DNA of 64,000 bases, from assembly GCF_009914755.1 (NCBI RefSeq), contig NC_060938.1; one strand, written 5' to 3'. This document shows, piece by piece, positions 1-14,547 of this stretch. Origin of the DNA: the human T2T-CHM13v2.0 reference genome, Homo sapiens. Numbering within the stretch: the stretch's first letter is position 1; each line of letters starts with the position of its first letter. The notes beneath the pieces were generated by a model. The model saw only the letters and a program-made list of their open reading frames with translations. It was not told where the DNA came from and did not search any database. The position numbers and the translations under genes are program-made.

Positions 1-300
1 AACATAGCTCCCACCTTTGTAGCAGTTAGAGCCTAGTAGAAAATGAAAGCAATCAGCATGTAATTTTGGTGAACTGCATGTTTGCAAGGTATATCTTTAA
101 TTTGGTTGGTTTGTTTTGGAGGCAAATAATTTAGGTATAACTTGAAGGCTGCTAGGTATATCTTGACAAAGTTTTGAAAGAAATCCAGGGCTTATGGAAG
201 GGCATATCAGTTAGAGATTGCTCTTCCTGCATATATTAATACCACCTTTTGCCAGAACATAGTCTCGGGGACACCTCAATGCAAGAGATGCTGAGAACTG

Positions 301-1870
<1,570 letters not shown>

Positions 1871-3121
1871 GAGAAGGGGGAATTTATCTGCCTTACTCCC
1901 TCCTGCTTCCTATTGATTGAGGCTCATCCCACAGGAAACAAACCTCTTTCCCCTTTCAGGTTGTGTCAGCTGGCCTGCTTGGGTTGGTCACATCTCATGC
2001 TCTGAGACTGGGTGTTTTATCTAAGTCCATCAGTGGAAGAAGGGTGGCTTGGCATAGGTAGGATTTCATTCAAGAGAAAAAAAAAAATAGGTGGTCAAGG
2101 GAATTTGAGAAAGTACACAGCCTTCTGTCCTCATTACAGGCACATACAGACTATGATGGGAACAAGTAGGTTCAAGAGGACCTACATTGGTCTAAAGAGT
2201 CAGCTGAGCTGACTCAATATATCTTCTCCATTTGGGTTGCTGAGGAGCTAAAAAATATATCCTTAGTGTTATTCTTAAGCATTATCACATCACTGAAAAC
2301 TACAATAAAACACTGAAATGTATTGGATCCCTGAAAAGAGCATGAAGTCAGGAGTTTTTGATGTAGGGTGTCTCTTGACTATAGCATTATTGTCATCTAA
2401 CACAAGCTGAGGATTGGGCATGGTTCACTGGAGATACCAAAGATGCATGATATTGTCATGGCCTTCCATTGAGAAAGAAAAATCTAAACAAATGAATAAT
2501 GACACAGTGTGAGCAAGGGCCAAATGATTGGTGGAGAATTCAGAGGCGGGCAGGATCTCTGTGGTCCAGGGGAGAGGAGAACATGTCATGGAGGTAGGCA
2601 GATTTGATCTGGGCCTTGAAATAAAGGTGGACTTTGGTGTGTTTGACGTAGGAGGAAGGGCGTTCTGGGTTGGGGGCAAGGCACAGACAGAAATATGATT
2701 GCGGGGAAGTACATGGTGACCAACAGCAACCGAGGAAGAAGCAGTGAATATCTGCCTTTGTCTGGAGAAGAAAAGAGTGAGAAATGTAGCTATAAGGATC
2801 TTAAATTGTGAATATTCTTAAATACTGAGAAATGGAGTGTGGATTTTTTTCCCTAAATGCAATGGAGAGTCAGCGAAGGGGGATTTTAGGACTCACAGAA
2901 TGGGAAACTGGAGGGTGGAGAAGGGGAGTTGGAAAAAGTCCTGTTGTGGAAACTCTCCCTTAATAAGGACACTTCACTGAGTGGGTCACACCAACTGCTT
3001 CGTCAGAGAGGGGATAATTGAGTTGGGGGAGAGCTTGGGGCACGCACTTTGCAGGGCGTAAGGTACAGAAAGGAAAAGCAAGAGGCTGGTGATAACTTTT
3101 CTATGTTGTTGTTTTGCCAAG

Positions 3122-3595
3122 TGATATGATCTGTGTCCCCACAAAATCTTAGGTTGTATTATAATCCTCAGTGTTGGAGGTGGGGCCTGGTGGGAGGTGA
3201 CTGGATCTTGGGGGCAGGCGTCTCACGAATGGTTTAACGCCATCCCCTTGGCACTATTCTCATGATGCTGAGTGAGTTCTCCTAAGATCTAGTTGTTTAA
3301 AAGTGTGTAGCACCTCCTCTCTCTCTCTCTTTCTTGCTCCTTCTCCTGCCATATATTAGTTGGATGCCATTAAAAGTAATGGCAAAAACTGTGATTACTT
3401 GTGCACTAACCTAAGACGGTCTGCTCCTACTTTGCCTTCTGCCATGATTGGAAGCTCTCTGAGGCCCCCCCAGAAGTGGATGCCACCATTCTTTCTGTAT
3501 AGCCTGCAGAACCGTGAGTCAGTTAAAACTCTTTTCTTTACAGATTGCTCAGTCTCTGGTATTTCTTTACAGCGATGTGTGAACAGACTAACACA
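3122..3595 (+). mobile_element. MST-family MaLR LTR (MSTA/B)
   Basis: Starts TGATATG...TGTGTCCCCAC and ends CAGACTAACACA; perfect 5-bp TSD ccaag (3117-3121, 3596-3600). Confidence 0.88.
3355..3414. mobile_element. Internally deleted MADE1 (Hsmar1-derived MITE) nested in the MST LTR
   Basis: ttagttgg...gccattaaaagtaatggcaaaaactgtgattacttgtgcactaacctaa matches the MADE1 spacer and right TIR. Confidence 0.8.
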
Positions 3596-3754
3596 CCAAG
3601 TTTCTGCCTTGAGCAGATCAAAGATTTGGTCAGCCTGACTCATTTTGTGTCATTTTAATGCTACGTGGAAGGTAAAATCAGTGCAGGAGAGGTCCACCTG
3701 AAGAATGACAGCCGGTAGGATTAGTCTGATTTTATGGCTCTTAGATAGTTTGCT

Positions 3755-3773
3755 GTGTGTGTGCGTGTGCATA

Positions 3774-3818
<45 letters not shown>
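3755..3818. repeat. (TG)n/(GA)n microsatellite
   Basis: Visible dinucleotide runs. Confidence 0.95.
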
Positions 3819-3822
<4 letters not shown>

Positions 3823-4649
3823 TTGTCTAGAGGCTGAGCTAGCATCTGCCGGTACTTCAGCTCTCCTAACCCCTCATTCTATGGCACCTGTCTTCCTGTT
3901 AGGCCAACTGTCAGATGCTTTTGATGAGCATAGACCTTTGTTCCAACCCACTCTTCCAAAGGTTATTTTTCCAGTTTATTCCATTTCTAACCATTTACCT
4001 GCTGCTAATCCTCAGCACAGTTAATTCCAGGGCTGCCTGCAGATTCTGCCATGGATGTTTTATAACTGTTACAATTTATTTTTCAAAATCATTTGGGATG
4101 TTTCCTCTGTAGTAACTTACCCTTCTTGAAAGTCTTTAGCTGCTACCCACACATCGCATGAGTCACAACAGAATTTGATTCAGAGCTACTGAAACCTTTA
4201 AGAATAAAACTATTATTAGTGAAAAGGATTTAGCTCAGGAGCAACTAAGAAGGACTCCATTCAGCTTGGGATTAAAAACAGCAGAATGCAGTACTTTTAA
4301 ATAAACATTTTCTTTTTACATCTCAAACTGACACTTTTTGAGGAAACATTTTAGTACTCAGTGGGACTTCTGGGAAAATGAAATGTGAGAAAACAGATTC
4401 GAGAGTGAAGGGGTGATTTAGTTCAGTTCTCTGTGATGTCTGGGGGACAGGGGTATTTCTCTAGATCTGTAAAGAAAAGGCTCCACAGTTATTAAGACTG
4501 TTTGCCAGAACCTGCCAACAGTTTCCCAGTCTAATTTTTTTAAAGCTTGCTTAATGCAGTTCATAGAATATTGTAGTTTGTAAAATTCTCACCCAGATCT
4601 CCTGTAGGTCAATGAATTGGTCCTTGTTCTGGTTAGCATTGATATAACA

Positions 4650-5100
4650 CAATTACCCCAGGGCCAGGAATTTGGGAAGGGCTCGACTGGGTGGTTCTCA
4701 CTGGGTGCCTCTCCCTTAGTTGCCGTCAGGTGTCTGCGGGAGCTACGGTCATCTGAAGGTCCCCCTGGACTGCAGAAACAAGGTGGCTCCTCCCATGGCT
4801 GGCAGTTGATGCTGGCTGTTGGCGAGGAGCTCAGCTGGGACTATTGACAAGGGCACCTACACTTGGCCTCTCCAGCAGGGTGGTCTTAGCCACGGTGGTC
4901 CAGCAGGTGGTATCCTGATTTCTTACATGGCAACTGGCTTCTCTGAGAACAAACATCCTAACAAAACTAAATGGAAGCTAAAAGCTTCAGAAGTCACATG
5001 GATGGTGTTGGTTGAAGCAATCACAGGCCCACCCACCCTCAAGGGGAGGAGGGAGAGACCCCACATTTGATGGGAGAAGCATCAGATGATTTGCAGCTAT
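4650..5100 (-). mobile_element. Old MLT1-type MaLR LTR, boundaries approximate
   Basis: gggccaggaatttgggaagggctc, ggctggcagttgatgctggctgttggc and ggcctctccagca resemble MLT1 motifs. Confidence 0.6.
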
Positions 5101-6910
5101 TAAAACAACAAAACCCAAACCGCTACAGTCCTATACAGTCAGCCTTAAGATCTCTCTGAGCACTCTCTAGGGATTCTTACAAAGTGCATGTTTAACTCTG
5201 TTAGTATCTGGATATCCACTTAGCAGACTGTCTTCTCTGGCTTCTTCCCAGCACCTCCTTGTATTTTTCCCCCTTTTCTTTCTATCTGCTTGGACAAATC
5301 ACCTTAGGTGTCTCTTCCCTATTTTTAAGCACTTCCTAGCAGATTTAGCTCTAATCAGTTAACAGAGTCCTAATTTGCATGTAGAATGTCTGTCGTGAAA
5401 TGTTATTTTTATATTTCTTACAAAGTAGAGATTTTAATATAATAGCTCATTCTCTGAAATAGCTTTCACATGACTTCATTACACATGAATCTCATTATAA
5501 TACATACCATTTCAGTGAAGAGTCTCTGTGTTTTTCACCTTAATGGCACCTAATTGCCCTTCTCTTTCAAACAATACAATGAAATTCCTTCACAACAAAA
5601 CACTACAGGCAGTTTTTTGGAAGCAACTGTCATGGGTTGGATCCACTTTAGAAGAGGAAATCTACTGGGAGGTGGCTCACCGCCTGAGAAATTGTATTTT
5701 GTCTAACATTTTCAAGCAATTAGCCACCAGTAGGTAGGCCTCCCAAAAACAGATCCTTCCTTGTTTTAAAAATTGGATAATTGCCCATAATCTTCAGCAA
5801 GATGGATACGGCCTTCCTACAAACACCTTAGGTTTTCCTTTCCAGGCTTCACAGGTCAGCCTCAACAGGATGCTCATATGAGCTGCTTAATAATGAATGA
5901 ACTGAGACTGGCAGAATGGATGGCACCACCTCCTAATACTTGAGTAAGGATGCAAGAGTTGTTTTGTCTCCTATGAGGCAGTTGTGCAGATCAAGAGCAC
6001 AGGTCACAGTATAACCTTGGTGAGCATTTCACACCGAGCTCTTCCAAGGATGTGGGCTTTGATTTACAAACTACTTAAACTGTTATCCTGAGCAAAAAGA
6101 AATGGTAAATGGAGAAGGAATACCATGCCACTGAGACTACAATGGGGTTATTTAATAAATGATGAATCGTTTCTTAAAATTAAATGCAGTTTATTTAGTA
6201 TAATGGATTATTAGGTAATTACAAATGTAATGTGGTTTCTATAAAGTACAATGGCATTTTACGGCTTTTCATGGTGACTTTATGTTAATGTTTTACATGT
6301 AGTTTTGCCTTACAGGAATAGTGTAACGAGATAATAATCATGTGCTCTATATGTAGATGAAGAGATGGCCCAAGCCAGCTTCATGGGACGGCAGCGATCT
6401 GCCTAAGGGCATTTATCTGTTTTAGTCTCTGTAATTTACTTTTAAAACGTTCACACTTTACAATATAGACATTGTAAAATCTTTATTAGTTGGTTTTTAT
6501 CTCTACTTTAGAGGCAGTTAGTTAATATTTATGTACTCTAATCAGGAATTATACACTAAAGGGATGGCTAGGTAGCATTTGAAAGTTCTAAACAAGGTCT
6601 GTACTCCAGAGGCAAGTACAACTAGAGGGACTTCAGGATTCCCCATCTCTGACTTGCATTAGAGGGTTTGATCAAGAATTTTGTCACTGATGAAATGAGG
6701 GTCTTTAAATGTGTGGATTTGCTTAAAATATTGTTTGAGTATTCTCACCTTTACATAAACAGGATATAAGGATTCTGCAGGGCCATTACCTTCTCTCTAG
6801 GATTTTGATCTCAAACTTACCCTGTGCTCAGATGCTGATTGGAGGATTTTTGTGACCCTGCTTTGGCTTGGTAGCTGAATCCTGACTCTAGAATATTACC
6901 ACATTTGCTT

Positions 6911-8082
6911 TGTCATCAAAAGACCACCATGCTAAATAGTAGAAAGGAGAGTTTTATTGGTGATATCAGTTTGCAACCTGGGAGGAGATATTATCTGGCA
7001 TGGGCTGAAGGTACCCTCTTCTCAAGGAGGGAAGGGACAGGTTGGGTTTCATGCCTCACAGAGTTTGTATTACACAGTAGGATTTTGGGGAAGAGCTGTA
7101 CATATTTATAAGGGGAGCCAAGCACATGTGCATTCGATAAATACATATGTACCATACATCACACGTTCATTTTGGGGTGGTGTTTTAGCTTTAAAATGAG
7201 GGGGAATTTGGCCCTTTAAGTCAAAAAGTGAACTATAGGACACAAAGACAATTTGTGCGCAGTTGGCTGAAATTGGCTTAAGGCACACAGTTGTTTATCA
7301 GAAAAGAAGGTGTGTAAGGCTGATCCTCTGTCCAGTCAGAGTTGTGATCTGAGTAGTAAATCAGACTTAGGAGGGGTCTGAAAGCTCCTTTTGCTAGGGA
7401 GTTTAATAAAAGTGTGTTTTTTCTTACTGCCATAAGAATTTAGAAATTTTTCATGTGAGCCAGGTCCTGGACCTTTGACCCATAGGTAATTTTGTTTCTT
7501 TAATTTTAGGATTCATCTTAGTTGATATAGAGGCATCTGTTTTGTCCCTCCGATTGTCAGAGGCGTTCAAACCAGAGCGACTCCATTTTGAGTGAGGGCT
7601 AGGAAAATGAGGCTGAGACTTGCTGGGCTGCCTTCTCAGAAAGTCAGGCATTCCTCGCCTCTCGATGTTTATGATTAAAGGAACAAATTAATAGTGGTTA
7701 CTAAACTGACCCAGACTTGGGAGCATCCAGATATCCCAATATCTGGAGAACAAAGACATTCCTAATTTTGCTTTAAAGATAGTAATATCAATTCTTGCAA
7801 AGTATAGTAATTAAGAAAAGTAATTCTTTATCACAAACCCTTGTAGCAGAGCACATGTCCCCATATATACAAGGATTGCACCGAGGGTGGATGCGTGCCT
7901 CCTCTTACTTTCGGGAACACCCTACTCTGTCTATGGAGCAGCTGTCCTTTCACCACTTTACTTTCTTAATAAACTTGCCTTTGCTTTGCACTAAGGACTC
8001 GCCCTGAATTCTTTCTTGCGTGAGAACCAAGAACTTTCTCTTGGGGTTTGCTTTGGATCCCCTTTCCTGTGACAAGATCACA
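6911..8082 (-). mobile_element. ERV1 (MER4-group) solo LTR, interrupted near its 5' end by MER41
   Basis: TG...CA termini on the minus strand (tgtgatc at 8082, tgtca at 6911); minus-strand AATAAA near 6954; near-TSD gctt/gttt; catgttcactttggggtgg-like motif shared with the LTRs at 25148 and 26050. Confidence 0.7.
7555..8074 (+). mobile_element. MER41-family LTR (C/D-like)
   Basis: Starts TGTCAGAGGCGTTCAAACCAGAGCGACTCCAT and ends GGATCCCCTTTCCTGTGACA; AATAAA at 7968; TSD cgat/agat. Confidence 0.88.
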
Positions 8083-8249
8083 GTTTTGAGTGAACTTTTC
8101 AGGAAAGATACTATCCCAGTACCTAAAAGGACAGAAAACTAGGACTTCATTGAGTTTACAGAATAGAATATATGACTGTTTTTGTGTCTGTATTGTTAAA
8201 GTAACTTCTCAGGTAGATTAATTGCAAGCATATATCAAAGGTATTTTCC

Positions 8250-8490
8250 TTTTTTTATTTTTTTTTTGAGATGGAACTTCACTCTTGTTGCCCAGGCTGG
8301 AGTGCAATGGTGTGATCTCAGCTGGGATTACAGGCACGAGCCACCACGCCCAGCTAATTTTGTATTTTTAGTAGAGACAGGGTTTCTCCATGTTGGTCAG
8401 GCTGGTCTTGAACTCCCGACCTCAGGTGATCTGCCTGCCTAGGCCTCCCAAAGTGCTGGGATTACAGGCGTGAGCCACTGCACCCAGCCC
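8250..8490 (-). mobile_element. AluSp-like element with an internal deletion
   Basis: Diagnostic ttcactcttgttgccc and ctccatgttggtcagg; ...gatctcagct is joined directly to gggattacagg; TSD aaaggtattttc/aaaggtacttttc. Confidence 0.9.
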
Positions 8491-8608
8491 AAAGGTACTT
8501 TTCAAATTTGCTGCCAGGGAGGAGGCTTATGGGCAAACTAACTTAGATATTTCTTAATACAGATTTTTTAGGGGAAAAAAAGGTAGTTAGATAATCACTA
8601 TTAGACTG

Positions 8609-8912
8609 TTTTTTGTTTGTTTGTTTTGAGATGGAGTCTCACTCTGTCACCCAAACAGGAATGCAGTGGCGTGATCTTGGTTCACTACAACCTCTGATCC
8701 CTGGGTTCAAGTGATTCTCCTGCCTCAGCCTCCTGGGTAGCTGGGATTACAGGCGCCCATCACCACACCCAGCTAATTTTTTTTTTATTTTTAGTAGAGA
8801 CAGGGTTTCACCATGTTGGCCAGACTGGTCTCAAACTCCTGACCTCAAGTGATCTGCCCGCCTCAGACTCCCAAAGTGCTGGGATTACAGGCATGAGCCA
8901 CCACAACCAGCC
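8609..8912 (-). mobile_element. AluS (Sx/Sz)
   Basis: Full dimer on the reverse strand; gactgt on both flanks. Confidence 0.95.
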
Positions 8913-9020
8913 TCGACTGTATATTTTTTAAGAGAATGTCTAGGTAAAGATCATTAGATATCCTGGGAGACTGGTCAAAGGTTGTTAAGCAACTCCCAGT
9001 GTTGATGATCAGCTGCTTGA

Positions 9021-9530
9021 TGTGTTAATCAGGATCCTGGTAGGGAGCAGATGGCTCAGTCTTAATGGGCAATGAGAAGACAGTTGAATAAAGGGACTGC
9101 TTGTTATGCTGTGTGCAGAGTATGGGGATACTAACCAGGGGTAGTGCAGTCCTTAGGGCTAGCAACAGTGGGAGCCATTAGTATTCCTTGGCCTGAAGGG
9201 CAAGAGAAGGGAGCTGGTGCTAGAACCCAAAGAACAGGGCTCCATGGCAGGCGCTCCCTGCCAGGAGCTGAGTCTTGCAGTAGAGGGCTCTCACCAACCC
9301 ATGGCATTTCTGCTCAGAGAGAGCCAGGAGATGCATACCCAACCTCACTCTCCTCCTACTCTTTGATTTCCAGTCTCCTGCTGGTGCTTCTAATCTGGCC
9401 AAACCCAACAGAAGCTGGAAGGCCAGGGAGCCCACGGGTGCAGTCCGTGCAGGCCAGCTTCCAGGTCCCGGTGGGGTGGAGAAGGGTGGGGAGTGGAGAT
9501 GGAGGGGCAAATAGAAGATCCAGCACTGTA
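9021..9530. mobile_element. Ancient LTR (ERVL/MaLR-like), uncertain
   Basis: tgtgttaatcagg start; ggccaaacccaacagaagc motif recalled from old ERVL/MaLR LTRs. Confidence 0.4.
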
Positions 9531-9544
9531 AATTTTCTAGAAAG

Positions 9545-10097
9545 TGTTACAGGAAAGGGGTCCAGATGCAGACCCCAAGAGAGCGTTCTTGGATCTCAAG
9601 CAAGAAATAATTCAGGTCAACTCCACAGAGTAAAGTGAAGGCAAGTTTATCAGGAAAGTAAAGGAATAAAAGAATGGCTACTCCATAGACAGAGCAGCCC
9701 CGAGGGCTGCTGGTTGCCCATTTTTATGGTTATTTCTTGATTATATGCTAAATAAGGGGTGGATTGTTCATGCCTCCCCCTTTTAAGACCATAAAGGGTA
9801 ACTTCCTGATGTTGCCATGGCATTTGTAATCTGTCATGGCGCTGGTGGGAGTGTAGCAGTGAGGATGACCCGAAGTCACTCTCGTCACCATCTTGGTTTT
9901 GGTGGGTTTCGGCCAGCTTCTTTACCACAGGCTGTTTTATCAGCAAGGTCTTTATGACTTGTATCTTGTGCCAACCTTCTATCTCATCTGGTGACTTAGA
10001 ATGCCTTAGCTGTCTGGGAATGCAGCCCAGTAGGTCTCAGCCTCATTTTACCCAGCCCCTATTCAAGATGGAGTTGCTCTGACAAATGCCTCTGACG
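9545..10097 (-). mobile_element. MER41A-like LTR
   Basis: The reverse complement reads gtcagaggcattt...agagcaactccatcttgaataggggctgggtaaaatgaggctgagacc and ends cctttcctgtaaca; 553 bp; TSD aaag (9541-9544, 10098-10101). Confidence 0.9.
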
Positions 10098-10399
10098 AAA
10101 GGACTCTTGAACTCATTGAAGTCTACCAGAAAGTAGCTTATGCAATTCATCAGGAATGGTAATACTGAGAGGTTACTCTCCAAAGGAGCAGCTAATCAAA
10201 TCAGACCACAAAATTCCACTGATTAGGGATAACTTTCTTTCTCAGTATGTGTAGCGGAAATTGGTCTGACCTTGCTATTTTATGAGTTACCATTGGGTAG
10301 GAGGCTTATTGCTTCATCTACCTGTAAGTAGTGGCAGCTATCAGAAAGAGGCTATCTTCTTGATTCCTCACACCTGTGTAGGGTTAGATTGGCTTAGGT

Positions 10400-10840
10400 A
10401 AGCTTGCTACCATCTCTCTACTCAGCACCTGTTCTTCTCCCTTGTTGCACTTACTGCCATTCATAATTGCATATTTATTAGTTTGTAGGTTGGCTTATTG
10501 TCTCCCTGTCACTCTACCTAGGGGGTATAATCCACAAAGTCCAAGAGATATGTCTCTACACTGCCTAGCATAGTGCTAGGCACATAGTAGGTGGTAGATA
10601 ATTGTTTGTTGAATCAATGAATAAATATTCTGGCTATCTGCCAGCAAGGCAGCATTGGTGAAGTGGGGAGAGTATGGGTTCCAGAATAAGGAGAAATTAG
10701 ATTTAAATCTTGGCTCTAGCAAAGACATGTGGCCTTAGCAAATTGCTTAATCTCTCCAAGCTTTGATTTCCTCCTCTGTAGTATTGGGATTATATTTACT
10801 TCCCTACTTATTAAAGTTTAAATCAGATATGCTGCCAAGT
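10400..10840 (+). mobile_element. L2 3' end followed by MIR
   Basis: gcctagcatagtgctaggcacatagtagg...tgttgaatcaatgaat (L2 tail); aaatcttggctct...ttgcttaatctctc...tttcctcctctgta (MIR core). Confidence 0.65.
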
Positions 10841-10926
10841 GCTGTGGAGGGCTAGGAACATGAAGACAGTTGGGAGATAGAGTGACACCTGCTGCTGGTC
10901 TCATGGTCTCATTACCCATTGTTAGA

Positions 10927-11244
10927 TTTATTTTTTATTTTATTTTATTTTATTTATTTATTTTGAGATGGAGTCTTGCTCTGTCACCCAGGCTGGAGTG
11001 CAGTGGCACGACCTCAGCTCACCACAACCTCCACCTCCTGGGTTCAAGTGATTTTCCTGCCTTAGCCTCCTGAGTAGCTGGGATTACAGGCGCCCACCAC
11101 CACGCCCAGCTAATTTTTATATTTTTAGTAGCGATGGGGTTTCACCATCTTAGCCAAGATGGTCTCGATCTCTTGACCTCATGATCCACCTGCCTCAGCC
11201 TCCCAAAGTGCTGGGATTACAGGCGTGAGCCACCGCGCCCGGCC
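10927..11244 (-). mobile_element. AluSc-like
   Basis: gatggtctcgatctcttgacctc diagnostic; (TTTTA)n tail. Confidence 0.93.
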
Positions 11245-11459
11245 CCATGGATTTTGTAAAAGAATGTTTACAGCAAGGGAGGACTCCTTTCAAATGTTCA
11301 ATGCTCACTTAAACATTTTTTTTTTTTCTTGAAGGAACACCCAGGAGCTTAGAGTACAATATAAAGGCTTTATCCTTTGAGGCTTTATTTTTTATTTTAA
11401 TTTTCACTGGACAAGCCTGTTTTTCTTTTTTATTTCCTTTTTTTTTTTGGTTGTTTGTT

Positions 11460-11750
11460 TTGGGTACAAAGTGATTTTTGCTATATGTATACATTGTGAA
11501 AATGATAAAATCAAGCTAATTAACATGTCAGTCACCTCACATACTTTTATTGTGGTGAGAACATTTAAGATCTACTCTCAGCAATTTTCAAGCATACAAT
11601 ATATTGTTATTAACTACAGTCACCATGCTTTACAGTAAATCTCCAGAACTTACTCATTCAGTCTAACTGAAATTTAATGCCGTTTGACTAACCTCTCCCT
11701 ATCCCTGACTTCTCCAACCCTCCCCTCACCCCAACCACCATCTTACTCTT
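11460..11750 (-). mobile_element. L1M 3' end fragment
   Basis: gtgagaacatttaagatctactctcagcaattttcaagcatacaata...ttaactacagtcaccatgct. Confidence 0.8.
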
Positions 11751-11928
11751 TTTGAGGGTTTACTGAAATTACTTTTAATTGTTTGTTGGTCCTGGTGTTT
11801 AGTGAAATCTGGTAGAAATATATAGAGCCTAGTTGAAGCCTTTAGCATCTGTAGGACAGGAAGTCCAATGGAATTATCATGTGGCTATGTACAATAGAGA
11901 TGTTCCTAAAATATGTAGGTACACTTTT

Positions 11929-12326
11929 TTTTATTATTTTGCTTTAAGTTCTGGGATACATGTGCAGAACGTGCAGGTTTGTTACATAGGTATACATGTG
12001 CTATGGTGGTTTGCTGCACCCATCAACCCATCATCCAGGTTTTAAGCCCCACATGCGTTAGGTATTTGGCCTAATGCTCTCCCTCCTTTTCCTCCCACCC
12101 CCCCGACAGGCCCCGGTGTGTGATGTTCCCTTCCCTGTGTCCCTGGGTTCTCATTGTTCAACTCCCACTTAGTGAGAACATGCAGTATTTGGTTTTCTTT
12201 TCCTGTGTTAGTTTGCTGAGGATGATGGTTTCCAGCTTCACCCATGTCCCCGCAAGGGACATGAACTCAATTCTTTTTTGTGGCTGCATAGTAACCCATG
12301 GTGTATATGTGCCACATTTTCTTTAT
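11929..12326 (-). mobile_element. 5'-truncated L1PA (PA7/8-like) 3' UTR
   Basis: taagttctgggatacatgtgcagaacgtgcaggtttgttacatagg...; perfect 15-bp TSD tgtaggtacactttt (11914-11928, 12327-12341). Confidence 0.93.
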
Positions 12327-14125
12327 TGTAGGTACACTTTTATAAGTTAGAATATATTTAAAATGCATTCAAAGCATTAATTCTGTGATGAACTCTCTCC
12401 TAAAGCTAAGAATAACTCCAATATTGTTTTTTAAATCCAGTTTTCTAAGTGATGCTGGTGTGGGAAAAACCAATAGGCTGGTGATATCCTATAGGCTGGC
12501 TTTCCAAATAGTAATCAAAAAAGCGCATCTTCCCCTTCCCCTGATTTTTTTAAAAGTGATCTTTAAAAATATTTAAAAACCACACAGGTTGACTATAGAA
12601 AAAATAAGAAATACAGGTAAGCAAAATCAACACCAAAATATAAAACCCACCCATAATTCCACTGTTCAAGAACTAGCTTGTATTTGCCGCTTGCTGTGTA
12701 GCCTTTGCCACGAAAATTCTTCATTAGAGCTACTTTCTCTTCCCTGTATTATTAGCAGGGTTCCACCAATTTCAGCAAATATTTCTGTAAACTGAATCTC
12801 TTTTGCAAATTTCCCCCACTTTCCTACTTCAGCAAAACATTGTTGAGGACATGTGGTTGTCTCCCCAGTATTGACTTTACCTCTACCACAATGAGTAACA
12901 AGTATGTTGTTTAGGTACGGTACACTCAACCCCTCAGTTTTAGGGATAGGTCCTGTGTGGCATAAACAAATCCAGGTAATTTCATTTTGCCTTGCTGAAG
13001 TGATTGGTTCAAGTAACCCAGGCCTAAACCAATCAATATGTGCTATTCCTTTAGCCACAAGAATTGATTCACAGGTGATCTAATCAGCTGGTAACTTGAG
13101 ACTTACTAAGAATTCTGGAATACAAGATTTTCTCTTCTGGATGTAGAATGTAGAATCTGGAACTTCTATAGTTATTTAGCCCCGCTATTACCAAACTCCA
13201 GTCTTTAACTCTCATTGGTCACCTTACAGTTTTGCCCATTCTGCTAATCAGCCTATCTAGTGAGATTTTAACAGTTGTATTTATGTCCAAAAATCTGTGA
13301 CTGATTCTTTTCCTGTTCTTGTTTTACAACCATCTGTTCTTGTTTTAAGGATGCAGTCTCCTCTCTTATATCTCAGAGGACATTAACTCAACTTAAATCA
13401 CTTTTCTGGTGTCCTGTTAACTATTTCTTCAGGCATATGACTCCTCTGTAGCGGAGTTTATGACCTTTCTTTTGAAGACATCTTTACGGTTGATATTCCT
13501 TGCTAGATTGTTTGCTGCCTCTGCTTACACATTCCATTTGGGAAAAGGAGAGAAGCATCTTTGAAGTTTGTCCCTACTCTGCTTTAAAAGAGAGTCAGAT
13601 ATGGGCAGAATGTACAGTTCAGTAGGGTACCTCACTGGCTGCTCTTCTAGGCTTCAGGGTTTCCTAGTTTTCTGGCTACCTCAGGCTCCTGGCTGCTACC
13701 ACTTCTGAATGTGGAGCACATTTTGTATAATTACCGCTTTTTTATCAGTTATATTTGGCCATGAGCTACTTGCACATGTCTTGAGATGCCATTTTCCTGT
13801 TCTATCTGACCTACTGGCTTTTGGTCTCCCAGATTCCTCTCATTTTCGGGTCCGTGAAATCAATTCATCTTGTTTTTGTATGTGGCCATATATTCATTTA
13901 AAAATATTCTTCTGTAATTTTACTACTTCAGAGCAGGGAATGACTGTCATTCCCTGTGTACTTATTCTGTTATCTTGAAACTAAAACTATGACTACTCTT
14001 GGTGTATTTGTCTATGTTAGAAAACTGAAAGTTTAATGAGGGCAAGGACTATATCTTACGAATCTTTGGTTCCTTCACTTCCTCCATAACAAGGATAGCA
14101 CACAGAACTGTGCCTTATTAGATGC

Positions 14126-14547
14126 TGTGTTAGACTGTTTTTTTATTGCTATAAAGGAATACCTGAGACTGGGTAATTTAAATAGAAAAGAGGTTTAGTT
14201 TGTTCATGGTTCTACAGGCTGTACAGGAAGTATGGTGCTGGCATCTGCTTCTGGTGAGGGCCTCAGGAAGCTTACAGTCATGGCAGAAGGCAAAGGGTGA
14301 GCCGACCTGTCATATGGTGTGAGCAGGAGCAAGCAAGAGAGGAAAGGAGAGATCCTAGACTCTTAACAACCAGATCATGTGTGAACTAACTGAGCAAGAA
14401 CTCACTTATCACCAAGGGGATAGTGCTAAGCCATTCATGAGGGATCCGCCCCCATGATCCAATCACCTTCCACCAGGCTCCACCTCCAACAATGGGAATC
14501 ACATTTCAACATGAGACTTGGAGAGGATGAACATCCAAATCATATCA
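14126..14547 (-). mobile_element. MSTA/MSTB MaLR LTR
   Basis: ttgctataaaggaatacctgagactgggtaattt...catccaaatcatatca; TSD gatgc/aatgc. Confidence 0.9.

Noticed and set aside
9144-9638. 164-aa ORF
   Set aside because: Spans two LTR remnants, starts at GTG and shows no protein features.
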